A stretch of 64,000 nt of DNA from Haliotis cracherodii (lineage: Eukaryota), in NCBI RefSeq assembly GCF_022045235.1, contig NW_027266271.1, positions 12,214,001 to 12,278,000 on the forward strand, in the 5' to 3' direction. Below the pieces are notes generated by a model that saw only the letters and a list, made by a program, of their open reading frames with translations, searched no databases and had not been told where the DNA came from. Made by a program: the position numbers and the translations under genes. This document shows positions 39,575 through 52,469 of the stretch, piece by piece; positions within the stretch are counted from its first letter, which is position 1, and each line of letters starts with the position of its first letter.

Positions 39575-41060
39575 GAATGGTTGATGACATAGCGTCCATG
39601 GGTCGGAGTTGGTGGATGACATAGCGTCAAAGTGTCAGAATTGGTGATTAGCATAGCTTCCACGTGTCAGAATTGGTGATTAGCATAGCTTCCACGTGTC
39701 GGAGTTGGTGGATGACATAGCGTCCGCGTGTTGGAGTTGGTGGATGACATAGCGTCAAAGTGTCAGAATTGGTGATTAGCATAGCTTCCACGTGTTGGAA
39801 TGGGTGGATGACATAGCGTCCGCGTGTCAGAATTAGTGAATAGCATAGCTTCCATGTGTCGGAGTTGGTGGATGACATAGCGTCCGCGTGTTGGAGTTGG
39901 TGGATGACATAGCGTCCGCGTGTTGGAGTTGGTGGATGACATAGCGTCCGCGTGTTGGAGTTGGTGGATGACATAGCGTCCACGTGTTGGAGTTGGTGGA
40001 TGACATAGCATCCGCGTGTTGGAGTTGGTGGATGACATAGCGTCCACGGGTCGGAGTTGGTGGATGACATAGCGTCCGCGTGTTGGAGTTGGTGGATGCC
40101 ATAGCGTCCGCGTGTTGGAGTTGGTGGATGACATAGCGTCCGCGTGTTGGAGTTGGTGGATGACATAGCGTCCGCGTGTTGGAGTTGGTGGATGCCATAG
40201 CGTCCGCGTGTCGGAGTTGGTGGATGACATAGCATCCGCGTGTTGGAGTTGGTGGATGACATAGCGTCCGCGTGTCGGAGTTGGTGGATGCCATAGCGTC
40301 CGCGTGTCGGAGTTGGTGGATGACATAGCATCCGCGTGTTGGAGTTGGTGGATGCCATAGCGTCCGCGTGTCGGAGTTGGTGGATGACATAGCATCCGCG
40401 TGTTGGAGTTGGTGGATGCCATAGCGTCCGCGTGTCGGAGTTGGTGGATGACATAGCGTCCGCGTGTCGGAGTTGTTGGCTGCCATAGCGTCCGCGTGTT
40501 GGAGTTGGTGGATGCCATAGCGTCCATGTGTCGGAGTTGGTGGATGACATAGCATCCGCGTGTTGGAGTTGGTGGATGCCATAGCGTCCGCGTGTCGGAG
40601 TTGGTGGATGACATAGCGTCCGCGTGTTGGAGTTGGTGGATGACATAGCATCCGCGTGTTGGAGTTGGTGGATGACATAGCATCCGCGTGTTGGAGTTGG
40701 TGGATGACATAGCGTCCACGTGTCTGAGTTGGTGGATGACATAGCGTCCACGTGTTGGAGTTGGTGGATGACATAGCATCCGCGTGTTGGAATTGGTTAA
40801 TGACATAGCGTCCATGTGTCGGAGTTGGTGGATGACATAGCGTCAACGTGTTGGAGTTGGTGGATGACATAGCATCCGCGTGTTGGAATTGGTTAATGAC
40901 ATAGCGTCCACGTGTCGGAGTTGGTGGATGACATAGCGTCCACGGGTCGCAGTTGGTGATGACATAGCGTCCACGTGTCGGAGTTGGTGGATGACATAGC
41001 GTCCACGGGTCGCAGTTGGTGATGGCATAGCGTCCACGTGTCGGAGTTGGTGGATGTCAA
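39575..41060. repeat. 32-bp GC-rich minisatellite, ~46 copies
   Basis: Unit gtgttggagttggtggatgacatagcgtccgc. Confidence 0.97.
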
Positions 41061-41469
41061 AATGACCGTGTGTCGATGTTGATGGATATTATTGTGTTCA
41101 TGTCTCGGAGTTCGTAGATGTCAGGAGAGCAAACGGAGGGTTGAAAGGCTGGAAAACGTCGAGGTGACACTTTAATAATTTGTGTGAAACGGGCAATGCA
41201 TGTTCATATCTGATATATCACAAACTATAGAGTTACCCGACCCTACGTCGTCCGAAAAACTTGTTCAAACCTGCTGAACGAAGTTGAAAATAACGGAAGC
41301 ACAAACCAAAAGATAACAACTACAATAAACTCTTTAAACACATGACTCGACATTAATGTCGTTTGACTAAGATTGATTTGATAGATTTCTATTAAATATT
41401 GATTTGTTAATGAATAATAGTCGCTTTTCCAAATGTTTTCTGTTAGTAACCTATTATTATTACTATCAT

Positions 41470-41998
41470 TTATAGAAAAAAATAAAAAAATGCAGCAAAG
41501 AGGGTTTGGGTGATCCTGGCAGTCAGGCTGGTTAGGACCCTTGCTCCCTCTACACGCAGCCCAGACAGCGAATGGGACATCTCCATGTCAAACGCCTAGT
41601 CAAACCCACCCAGGACTTTTAGGAGAATGTGAAGACTCCCCAACACTGCAGCCTCCTGCATTACCCAGATTGTCAGAAGAGCTGTATTCCTGGTTGCAAA
41701 CCCGGGCACACTCCCAATGCCAGTCAACAGATTGGGAGGTACCAAACCTATGGTGTCGAGAACAATGGGGAGTCGGACAACTTGGTACTTGTGATGCAAG
41801 CGTGACATTTCGAAAGCGAGGTCCGCATATTTGCCATGTTTTTCCTCAGTCTTGTCAATCACATTAGTGTCATTACAAGGAGGACAGAAAATTCAATGAT
41901 AAAAATGATTTCACTGGATTTATAAAAAAAGGACAAGATCAGGTCTGTTGGCCAGGATACGTCTGAGGCTGTAAATGGGCCTATTCCAAAGAATTTTG
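41470..41998 (-). mobile_element. R4/Dong-type LINE, 3' fragment
   Basis: IDKTEEKHGKYADLAFEMSRLHHKYQVVRLPIVL...MQEAAVLGSLHILLKVLGGFD; mirror of 61790-62292. Confidence 0.88.
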
Positions 41999-42001
41999 TT
42001 T

Positions 42002-42236
42002 ACATATCACGGCGTGTCAGCTTAATGTGGGAGGAAAGCCCGAAGTAATGCAGGTCTCAAACGTTTACCACTTCGGTGAAACCCACGAGCACGGGTATGG
42101 TGCTGATAAACCTAGAAACATAATTGGGGCGAACCGGGATTCGAACCCACAATCATAGGTCTCTGGCGTGCCCAATGGACGCAACTCTGCACATCGAATT
42201 GCGGCGCCCTAGACGACTGGGTCACCCGTGCCCCCA
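42002..42236 (-). mobile_element. SINE family C, 3'-clipped, abutting the LINE fragment
   Basis: Reverse complement of the family C head and body. Confidence 0.88.
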
Positions 42237-42929
42237 GTTTAATGTCAAGATATCCACTTGAACCTTCGTCCTTCACAGAGATCACACACTGTACTTAGAC
42301 GATCCTTCAATTCCCGTATTGCAGAGCAAGCTATGGTGCATGTACTGACCTTATATTGGCAACATCTGTCGCTGACAGATTGAAACTGCTGTTTGAACTC
42401 TACCACTAGCGTTCAGGTTAACAAAGGCGTCATAATATCTCCCTGGAGGCTAACTTCACATGGAGTCATCAAAATAGGTTACTGGTATCAGGTCTTTGAT
42501 GTCATGGGGTAGTAGTGTATCATCAAACTTTTTAATTTGCCGTTGTAAATATATTCTGAAGAATTTGACCGTAATTGACAGAGCAGAGGGGATTAAGGTG
42601 CTCATTATCCTCTTTTGAAGTTATTAATAAGAATCATAATGGTTAAGTGGGAGTATAAACGCTCCGACAGTATCACAACTTTTTAACAAGAGTGAAGCTT
42701 GCTTGTCTCCAAATACTGGTACATGGGCGTGGCATTATGTTAACGAGGTTAAATGTATGTGTTGATCTAAAATGACTATTTATATATTAAGAGGTATGTT
42801 GATGGATATATTTTATTACCAATTGATAACTACATAAACGGACTTCCGATTGAAGCATCCGCACCCCTTTAAAGGAAATGTTGAAAATAATAAAATCAAC
42901 AAAACTCTTTTCATTAATTATTTTTTTAT

Positions 42930-43355
42930 TCATTAGAAGTATCTATTAAAAGCAGAGTCGATTGTACGATTCCGATTATATCATTACTCACCATCACATA
43001 GTGATTCCTACCAGGTGATGGCGAAAAGGTGAGTACCCTTGTCACAAATCACAAAGAAATTCAAGTCAATTATTCACCTGAAAAAAAACAACAACACGGG
43101 AAAATATGGTATGTAACCCAGGAAATTGCATCTGACATCATCGGACATGATTTAAGCAAGTATAGGTCACAATGTTATAGTTTTCATAATATTCAAAACA
43201 TATGGGCAATGCGTCAATTGTTCACCTGAAAAAATACGGGAACATTTGGTATGAAACCCAGGAAATTGCATCTGACATCATCTGACATGATTTAAGCAAG
43301 TATCGGTCACAGTGTTATAGTTTTTAGAATATTCACAACGTAATAGGCAATGTGT
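42930..43355 (+). repeat. Module M copy with AAG|GTGAGT donor-like site, followed by a ~148-bp tandem duplication (43065-43355)
   Basis: ttcattagaagtatctattaaaagcagagtcgattgtacgattccg...ccaggtgatggcgaaaag|gtgagt (GT at 43029); gtcaatt.ttcacctgaaaaa...ggcaatg occurs twice. Confidence 0.72.
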
Positions 43356-43959
43356 TCGTGATTATAAAGAAAACTGGAACCATAACATTATCTTGTAAAC
43401 ATGATGATGCTGATGGATCACCTTGTGTTTAATTAATCTCAAACATGTTCTTTCTATTCTTAACTTACGATCTAACGCCAGTCTTTTTCTTGCCAGGAGA
43501 CACCAGTCCTAATGGAGTACCAGCCTCATCCACTGAATTACGATAATGTACATGTCTCATTAACAGTCAGCATGAGGCACTCTTTGAAAGATAATATACC
43601 CAATTATTATTCATATGACAGAAATACGAGAGCATTATTGAAATTTTAGGAAACATTACCATTAAGTCCTCAGATTGGGTCTCCGAAATGCATGTTCATT
43701 ACCCAAGTAGATATTTAAACTAATCCTGAAAGATATTTGAGTAATTATAACTCTACCGGGGTCCAAGCAGAGCTCAAGAGCGGGTATGCCGTTCTCTGTG
43801 GAACTAACATATCAAGTAAATCCCCACTGAAGCCTCTACATTGAATGCAATACAGATGTGTAGCAGGTTGACAGATGGTCTACTGTCAAAGTCTGAACAT
43901 TAGCTCAACTCATTCAATACCTCGGCAAAGCTTTCAAAAAGTTGTATAATATAGTTGTA

Positions 43960-44145
43960 AAGGACATTTACATATTTGGTTCCTGCCATATGTTTTTCAG
44001 GTGAACACTTGGCTTGCCTTTGCATGTGTGTGTGATGGGCCCAATCGTTAGAACAGAAAATGCTCTTTTTCGCGAACACCTGATATCATAACTGTTTGAC
44101 AGTGATTCACAAAAACATGCTCATATTCGTACAATGGACTCTGCC
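43960..44145 (-). repeat. Module M copy (inverted)
   Basis: tcaggtgaacactt...tttcgcgaacacctgatatcat...gtgattcacaaaaacatgctc...cgtacaatggactctgc. Confidence 0.7.
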
Positions 44146-45346
44146 TTCAGTGGAGATGCCTCATGACCAAAGACAAATAATGTTTTTTTACGCTTTTATT
44201 CGCAAGCAAAATATCCAGGAAAATATTCCTCAATACTTGCGTGTGGGGTTGGGTCCTATTAATAAAATGATAAATCTACATTGTTTGATGTAACGGAAGG
44301 TTAAAAGATGTATTTTTGAAATGCTACGATGGAAGATGGGGGACAGGAGGGGAGAATATTGCTTTGAACGACGAAGTCATTTGTATACAAGTTGTGAAAC
44401 AACCTAAAAAATATAAAGCTGATGTTGTGTTGTGCATACCAACTAACGAGCCTTTGGACCCACTTGTCCAAGACTGCTTAATTTAACCAGACGCCCCATT
44501 CCCCATGTGAAACACTTGGCGTGTTGACTTCCAGTCTCTTTGTAGTTTATTTATTCTGTTTGTATCTCAAATATCTTTTTCTGTACTTCGGTTAATTAAT
44601 ACGCCACATTTTCACAGCTTTGCCTGATGCGGACACATGTGGACTCTAATAGTGGCTGTTTAAAATGACGCTAAATTTACATGAAGCTTCAAAATGGTTG
44701 CAAAGCAAGATTATCTGGGTCAGCAAACTAGTAAAACTGTCTAAATGTGTCTTGATCATCTTAGTGTACTGCAGGAAAATTGCCTCGGGAGTCTGAACTC
44801 ATTGAAAAAAGTTTCAATTCAATCAATACAAATGGGACCCAGACTTGTGTGGAGCAGCATCTCTCTCGAAAGAGAGCAAGCCTTAGAGTCCATCCCGGGT
44901 CAATGTTGATAACATCATTACACAACTGTTATTCGGGATGTCATATGCGTCACGCAACGACGATTTAAGATGAACTGCATTGCTGTTTTATGAGAATCAA
45001 TCTTGTTAGGCAATCGGATTTGCTGTTTGGCTTTGCTACATTCGCTGAAGAGTATCATTACATTAAAAAAAAATAACGTTAAATTTCTTTTAATGCTATT
45101 AAGCCATGTTTAAGCCTTGTCGGGTACATGTACTACTGCTAGCGTGGATGTTTATGAGAGAGAAGAAAAATGTATTAATGTCATAGTTAGGATGAAATTG
45201 GATTTAAATTTCTTAAGTTTACTGGTTCAGGACATAATCATCTTTTTCGATATCTTGTCATCAGAAGGAAGAATACTCTATCGTGACTGCCCACCAGTGT
45301 GTCATTTTGGAGAAGACTGCACAGAACAAAAGGAAAGAAGAACCCC

Positions 45347-45507
45347 GTGAGTGGGTTGTGTTATACGCCGCTTTAGCAATACTCAAGCCATACCTCGGCG
45401 GGGGACACAAAGAATGGACTTCATGTAATGTTCCCTTGCGGGGAATCGAACTCGGGTCTTCAGCGCGACTAGCCAACGCTTTAACCATTTGGCTTCCCCA
45501 CCGCCCC
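45347..45507 (-). mobile_element. SINE family B, predates the inverted duplication
   Basis: Same insertion with the same flanks at 58659..58822 (+). Confidence 0.8.
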
Positions 45508-46302
45508 AAATCTGGCAAAGAACTAATTATAGAGAAACTTAGCTTAATGAATTAGAAATGTAGTTGGTGAACCCAACCACACCCACTGTGATGGAGACAG
45601 AGAAAGTTTTCACGGTTACGTTTTTACGTTTTATGCCAAATTTATCCTTTAAATTAGATCTTCGATGTGTTGCAATCTCTTAGTCACATGGGTGTAATTC
45701 AGGACTGGTACTGTTTTGCGCATAATAATTCTCGTTATAATCAAGGCCTCATTAGTTTATTGTCATGATTGTAAATTTGAACCTCTGTCCTGTTCCGTTC
45801 TAATGCAGAGCTTTAAAGACGGAGGCGTCACGACGGACAACACCATCGTTCACAGAGGAGACTGGACGTTTAGACCATAAAATCAATTATACAGTAAGAT
45901 ATCAGTGTATATGGTCTCTGGCATAACGTGGCCACAAATACATTAAACGTGTGTTGTCTTACCTGTGGCCATTACGTTCCAAACAGCAAAACTGATGGAC
46001 AGTGCAGACGTTTTGTAACGTCAGCTCATAAACGGATGACATGAGACCAAAACTGTTTTTGCAAAAGCCACTGCTGTTACGCTACTTTATTGAAGCCGCT
46101 CTCATATACGTATATATACTCAGTTAATGCATAGTTACAGAAATTATGTATATATCTCTGGAACATTCTTCACTGTCGCGGGTATGTTTCATTAAAAACA
46201 ATCTGCCAATGTATCAAATTTCTTAAAAAATATAAGGGACAGTTTGTGCTTCACATTGGAGTGATGACGCACCAAGCACTGAAGAACACTGAAGAACACA
46301 CA

Positions 46303-46303
<1 letters not shown>

Positions 46304-46348
<45 letters not shown>
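46304..46348. repeat. (CT)n microsatellite
   Basis: Direct reading. Confidence 0.95.
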
Positions 46349-46351
<3 letters not shown>

Positions 46352-48442
46352 ACAGGCAGTCTGATGATTTCTTTTTCGCACAAATACAGTTGGAAATATA
46401 ATGATCAAATTACTAAAGATTGACTGAAGAAAGTGTCAGTATATTCGGGAATGGATTGAAGCTAGGCCCGCACAGTGGTTTAAACAGAACGTTTCGAGAA
46501 CGAGGACCCAGTCATCACTCAAAGCTACCAGTGATATCCCTGTGAACAGTCGAACACGCACACATAAAGGTACACACAGGAAAAAACAGGCGGGTACGCG
46601 TAAACAAAATTAATGACCTTTCCGCTGCTGAAGTGTACTTTAGCTCGACAGACAAAAATTATTCCACGTTCCACAAACATGTTTTCAACATGATTTTGCT
46701 ATTGCGTTTGACGTATTTATCATGTTGATGGTTTGTACATTATCATATATAGGCAAATAACAGTTCCAGGCTATGGCTTCGAAGCCACCCAGACCGATAC
46801 ATGATGCTTCAAAGTAGGTTGTGTTGGATTTCAAAGGAAATGCAAAGAAAGACTTCAGGGGAGGTTGCATATAAATTGAGAGATGCACAAACTTTCCGTT
46901 GAAATTATTAGTACTCACATTCCATGTTTCCACGTTTTAATCATGTTTGCTACATGTCAGGTGTAGTGTTGCATCGAAGTGTCGAGCAGTTGAACGAGGA
47001 CGTGGGTAAGTTTTCGTAGTTAATGCTTAGTTTCAGAAATAGTAGCAAATAATTCAGAATTGAATCAAATATAAGAATTCGCATCCAAAGAAACGGAAAG
47101 GATGATTTCTTCACAATTCTCTTCGACGTTTCACGGCTACTTTATCCCTTCGTCATCTGTATCAACTGGTTGTATATGTATATTTTATGTTTTATTTGAC
47201 AAGCAATGTAAACTAACAGTCTGATGTTCGATGTGCAAAAGTAATTTGAATCATGATGTTTACGTGGGAGAGTTTGTGAACAGTGTTTTAGGCCCCTTTC
47301 AGCAATAGTCCAGCCACATCCAGGCAGAGGACACCGGACAACGGCTTCATACATTGAACCATGTGGGGAACTGAATCCGGTGTGACAAACCGGCACTTAA
47401 ACCACCTTCAGAAGGAAAGCAAACGTACCGAAATACAGTTCACAAACGAAATACATTTTCATAATATTCATTAACATACCTAGGTTACCTAAACTCTTTG
47501 AATTTGCTTTGAAAGGACATTTTCACCTGTGGCCATAATATATTAATTTAAGCTTTGAAATTTAACATATCTGATTTCTGAACATGAATTTGTAATCTTG
47601 GAAGAGACAATGTAAGCTGGAGGAATGGGGATTCATTGTACATTCTAAAACCTCATACATTATAATCTTAACGTAAAAGGGACGTTGGGTAGACTAGTGA
47701 TTAAAACGTTTGTGCGTCACGCCAAAAAAAACCATTCGAAGGCCATTTCGGTTTCTTCCGTCGTGATATTGCTGGAATGTTGCTAAAAAACAACATAAAA
47801 GCATACTCACCCATTCACTCACACACACATCGAAGGCGTCAATTTCGTACAGTTGAGAACTCGCAGAGGGAACCTTCCCTCCCTTATGTGTCGGCAAGCT
47901 ATTGTGGATAATTGTCATTTGGCTAAAACTATTAGGACGTCCTTTGGGTGATGTTTTGAATTTGCAAATGGGTCGACTCTTCCTATTATTGCCTTGTATC
48001 ATGTACGAAACCACGAACTCCATGTCGCATAGGAAATTATCACAGTCATAGGGGTGTGCTTGTATTCAGGCTTCCAGACATGCATGGCACTTCTAACTAT
48101 TTCTATAGATACAGATCCACATGGCTGGGTGAATTAGAATAAACACTGTTGCGATCACATTTCAGATACACAATGAAAGGCAGCTTAATGTGTGGAGAAA
48201 GCAGCGAAAGATGTACTTTGTAGACAATTTGGAATTCGAACAAATGCTAACGCGCGGATCACGCAATGCATAAGGGGCGCAACTCTGTACAATGAATTGT
48301 GGCTCCTTACACCACTGGGCCACCATGCCCTAGACTGCAACATGTATACCGGGTATCTATGTTATACATCCATACATTGTACATCCATACATCTTACCGA
48401 ATACAATACAATAAAACTCATACAACAATATCCCCTTTAAAA

Positions 48443-48724
48443 GTGGCACGGGTGGTCCAGTCGTCTGAGGCGGCGCAATTCACTATGCAGATTAGCATCC
48501 CTTGGGCACGCCAGAAAACCATGATCGTGTGTTTGAATCCCGGTTCGCCCCGATGATGTTTCTAGGACTGTCAGCACCGTAACCGTGCGCAAGGCTTCCA
48601 CCAAAGACGTAAACGTCTGAGATCTCAATCACTTAGATCTTTCCACTCAGATTACGCTGATACACCGGGATACAACTGGAATTCTGTTCAAATCGTCGTT
48701 AAAACCAAACTCACTCACTCACTC
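48443..48724 (+). mobile_element. SINE family C, diverged
   Basis: Aligns end to end with 53490..53757. Confidence 0.8.
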
Positions 48725-49513
48725 AGCCACTGTCCTTGTAAAACATTGCAACATTGTCACAACGCGTAGATGGATACAATGTTACGCAGAACCTTTATTG
48801 ACTTTTGATTATTCAACATATTAACATACAATATTTATATCTGTTAACGTTTCTTTGAACTGATTCTTTTTCTTACAAAAGGATTTGTTCATCCTATGCA
48901 TCGACCAGCTGAATTCAAACTGGTTCGAATTGCTTCAAAAGACATTGGTCTTCTGTTGTTTCAACATGAATAGGTCAAAGACAAGAAACGAAATTTTAAA
49001 TGTCACAAAATGTACTTTTGTAAAACGAATTTCAGATTTGAGACTTTAGTTATAAACATCTTATATGAATTATGTAATTTGCATCATACATGTAGTTCAA
49101 TAGTTTGACTCCCCTTAGGGACTCCGGGTTAGAAAGCCCCCCTGTTAACCGATGCTTATTTAAGAGATGACAAGGTTGATCCAGGGTCTGGCTCACGGAC
49201 TCGTTGATTACGTGTCATCGTTGCTCGATGTCATGGAAAGTTGATCGAAACATCAACCACTGGTTTGTCTGATCTACACTCGATAAGCAACATGCTCAGT
49301 GAAACAGCTGGAATCTTGCTGACTGTGGCGTCATACAACGCTCAAACACCATTCTACTACCATCTAGAGCTTACTATCAAACACGTTTGTCTAGATGATG
49401 GTAATATTGGCCGTATCCTAAAACATGGCTGAATCATGTATGATAAACTGTTACAACAACATAAATAAATAAATAAATGGCTGAATCATGTATGATAAAC
49501 TGTTACAACAACA

Positions 49514-49553
<40 letters not shown>

Positions 49554-49556
49554 AAT

Positions 49557-50225
49557 AGCTTATATTTACCAATCATAATTGGAGGGCGTGGTTTGATTAA
49601 CGTGGTTATCTTCGTAATAGAATTGTATTGTGCATCTTTCCACACATTTATTTGTCTATTCATGATGATGCTCTTGTGAAGCATGTCAAGACTCATGATG
49701 AAAAACAAGGCATTCCACAGTTTTCTTAAACAAGCCAAGTATAAGGGACATACTCTCAAAGACAATGTTGATTTTGTTGATGGTTCTGTTCTGTTGGACG
49801 GTACAATAATGAGTGCCAACCAAGCAAAGTGCTATATCAAATCGGCCCAGACTCAGTTTTTAAAGGAGAGGCTATCTGAACGATCACTGCATCGAGTTTA
49901 TGTGCAGTGTGTTGAGAAGATCAGCAACCCTGTAGAGTCTTTCGCTTTGATGAAGTCGACTGGCCTGAAAAGTGAAACAGAAGGCTTTTTGTTTGCTGCT
50001 CAGGACCAGCCACCACGAAACCGTCAATGTAGATTATGTAATTATTTTAATGAGATTGTCCAACATATTGTCAGTGGATGCCCCTCTTTGGCGCAAACAC
50101 AGTATATAAAGCAACATGATGGTGTAGCCCGATCATTTTATTTTCATCTTCGCCATGCTTGTGGTTTTGACACAGAGGTCTATCCATTGTACGAACTTGA
50201 CTATATAGAGGGCGTCATGATAAAT
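49557..50225 (+). mobile_element. R4/Dong-type LINE internal fragment (post-RT region, CCHC knuckle, RHD motif)
   Basis: ORF 49683..50369: LKSETEGFLFAAQDQ, CRLCNYFNEIVQHIVSGCPSLAQTQYIKQHDGV; starts right after (AAAT)n/(AAT)n. Confidence 0.9.
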
Positions 50226-51244
50226 ATAAAATTATTAGAATACGATAGTTCCGCCTGGTGTTTTTATAGGGCTAGAAAGGATCAGCATTTTAAACAATTT
50301 CCGGAATTAGACATTTTTGGTCTGTCTAAAAATCCAGTTATGAGCAAACTCTATGGACTAATTACATGATTACTCCACACGCCTCACCCAGTGTACAGAA
50401 TAGTCTCACGTCATCATTTGTTTGTCGTGTCTTTGTCACGTAACAGTACCTTTGCTTCAGGAGTAAGTGAGATGGGTTTAACGCCGCTCTGAACAGTATT
50501 CCAGTTATATAACGGCGTGTTTTCTTAATGTGGGAGGAAATCCCGAAGTAATGCAGGCCTCGGAGGTTTGCTAGTTTAAGTTTAAGTTTAAGTTTGAAAA
50601 CTTAGAAAAAACTTAACAGACTTGTAGAGTTTCAAATATTCGCAATACTCGAAATAATTCCGGCTGGGGCAGTGCTGCTACTAATTCATGTGTGGGTATT
50701 GGTGCATGCTTCTACCACATAATATACGTCCGTCCTAAAGCTGTAGACGCGTTTGCGAGAAACGGTCTGCGTGTTCCATTCCACTCCAACATAAACGCAA
50801 CAACATGGGAATCTCGACGTCGACTAATAAATTCCCGATTACCGAAGAACACAGATTGTAATTTGATGAATGGCTTCTCGTTAGACAAAGCGTTCCAAAA
50901 CCTCGTCTTTGGATCATGTAGAACCGTAATATATTTTGAGTCATAATGCTTATGTCTATACATTGCTTACCTTCTGGATGTATAACACTCTCAAGTTCAG
51001 TGCTACACCCAACTGGTGGTTACGACTGGTGGTTATCGCCAGTCACGCCGATGACACTGGTGCAAAAGGTGAAGGCCCTTATTGATGTTATCTGCCGTGG
51101 TGGACATGTGGAGGACATTTCCAAATTTGAGGCACCAAAATGACGGTCGGTGCAATTCCATATTCCGATTTGTATTATATGTTCCTATGCTTGTCTTAAA
51201 AGCGGCGTTAAACCCAACTCACTCACTTACTCAGTTCAGGTGAA

Positions 51245-51734
51245 CTTGCAGGGACCACGATGTGCGCACCTCTTCGCGAACGCCCGGTGTCATCATTATT
51301 TGATAGTAATTCATAAACACATGGATGCTTATGATATGGTCGGATTCGTACTTGCAGGGAACACGATGTGCGCACACGCCCGGTGTCATCATTATTTGAT
51401 AGTAATTCATAAACACATGGATGCTTATGATATGGTCGGATTCGTACTTGCAGGGAACACGATGTGCGCACACGCCCGGTGTCATCATTATTTGATAGTA
51501 ATTCATAAACACATGGATGCTTATGATATGGTCGGATTCGTACTTGCAGGGAACACGATGTGCGCACACGCCCGGTGTCATCATTATTTGATAGTAATTC
51601 ATAAACACATGGATGCTTATGATATGGTCGGATTCGTACTTGCAGGGAACACGATGTGCGCACACGCCCGGTGTCATCATTATTTGATAGTAATTCATAA
51701 ACACATGGATGCTTATGATATGGTCGGATTCGTA
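51245..51734. repeat. 96-bp minisatellite, 5 near-identical copies, derived from module M
   Basis: Unit starts at 51350, 51446, 51542 and 51638; reverse complement contains gtacgaatccgaccatatcataagcatccatgtgtttatgaattactatcaaataatgatgacaccgggcg. Confidence 0.95.
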
Positions 51735-52469
51735 CAGATTAAGTGTTATTATGGACCAGTTATAATTTGTAGCTCTTATTTAACATTACTGAAAGCGGCG
51801 CACAACACACTAGGGATGATGCTATCTGATGTAACCAATGAGATAACACCAATTCAGACCGTCACATACCAGACTAGTCATGTTAACCGTTTTCATCCAG
51901 GACGTGAATGATTTATTTAAAATAGTCGGGTTGATATCAGTGGATTGCCAAATGAATAGTTTATCATGAAAGATAAAGTGACGATCAATGGTAATCAAAG
52001 TACTTGATCATATCTAGTAACATGTCTACTCGAGGTGGGTACATGAATGGTTAATGCTGTAGACCCAGGTATTCACGGGACATGAGTTGTGTAAGCAATA
52101 GAGATGTTTTGTTCAAAACGTTAAAAAAAACAAATATAAAATGAGCCCTCAAGCGTGACAACAGTGAAGTTTCGTTAGAAACTAAGCTTTTCAATCAAGA
52201 TTTCACGATCAAATTCATTCAGAAATTCACTAAAATGACACTTCACTCGTCAACATGATGCGTGATGCTATCCCAAGCTCTTACCTTGCGTAGTGCTTTC
52301 ATACCTCCTTACTCACTGGCGTTCATTAGTTTACATTATTTACAATTATAACAAAAGGTGTTAGCGACCTGTATGACATAATGCTCAGGTGAACACTTTG
52401 TCTTCAGGACGAGAAATACTGTCCAGGACTTGACAACCGTGTCCGTCTCGTTGACGTGAAACACATTGT

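Larger units (their letters stand above)
39030..48320 (+). repeat. Left arm of inverted segmental duplication
   Basis: Collinear reverse-complement blocks with 56390..63390 (see findings). Confidence 0.88.

Noticed and set aside
39648-40870. 345-367 aa repetitive ORFs
   Set aside because: Stop-free 32-bp minisatellite, open in all three minus frames.
39575-41060. CRISPR-like array (32-bp repeats)
   Set aside because: Repeats are head-to-tail with no unique spacers, there are no cas genes, and the context is eukaryotic. The same applies to the other minisatellites.
44833-44862. SRP RNA helix-8-like string (cccag...ggagcag)
   Set aside because: The conserved GNRA-capped helix 8 core and the Alu domain are absent.
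44780-44968. Paralogous small proteins MPRESELIEK... / MPRESDLILK... (59137..59397)
   Set aside because: Similarity comes from the inverted duplication; starts are TTG, substitutions are mostly non-synonymous and the stop positions differ.
51150-51911. 253 aa ORF with a 32-aa repeat
   Set aside because: Product of the 96-bp tandem repeat plus a SINE tail; other frames are also open.
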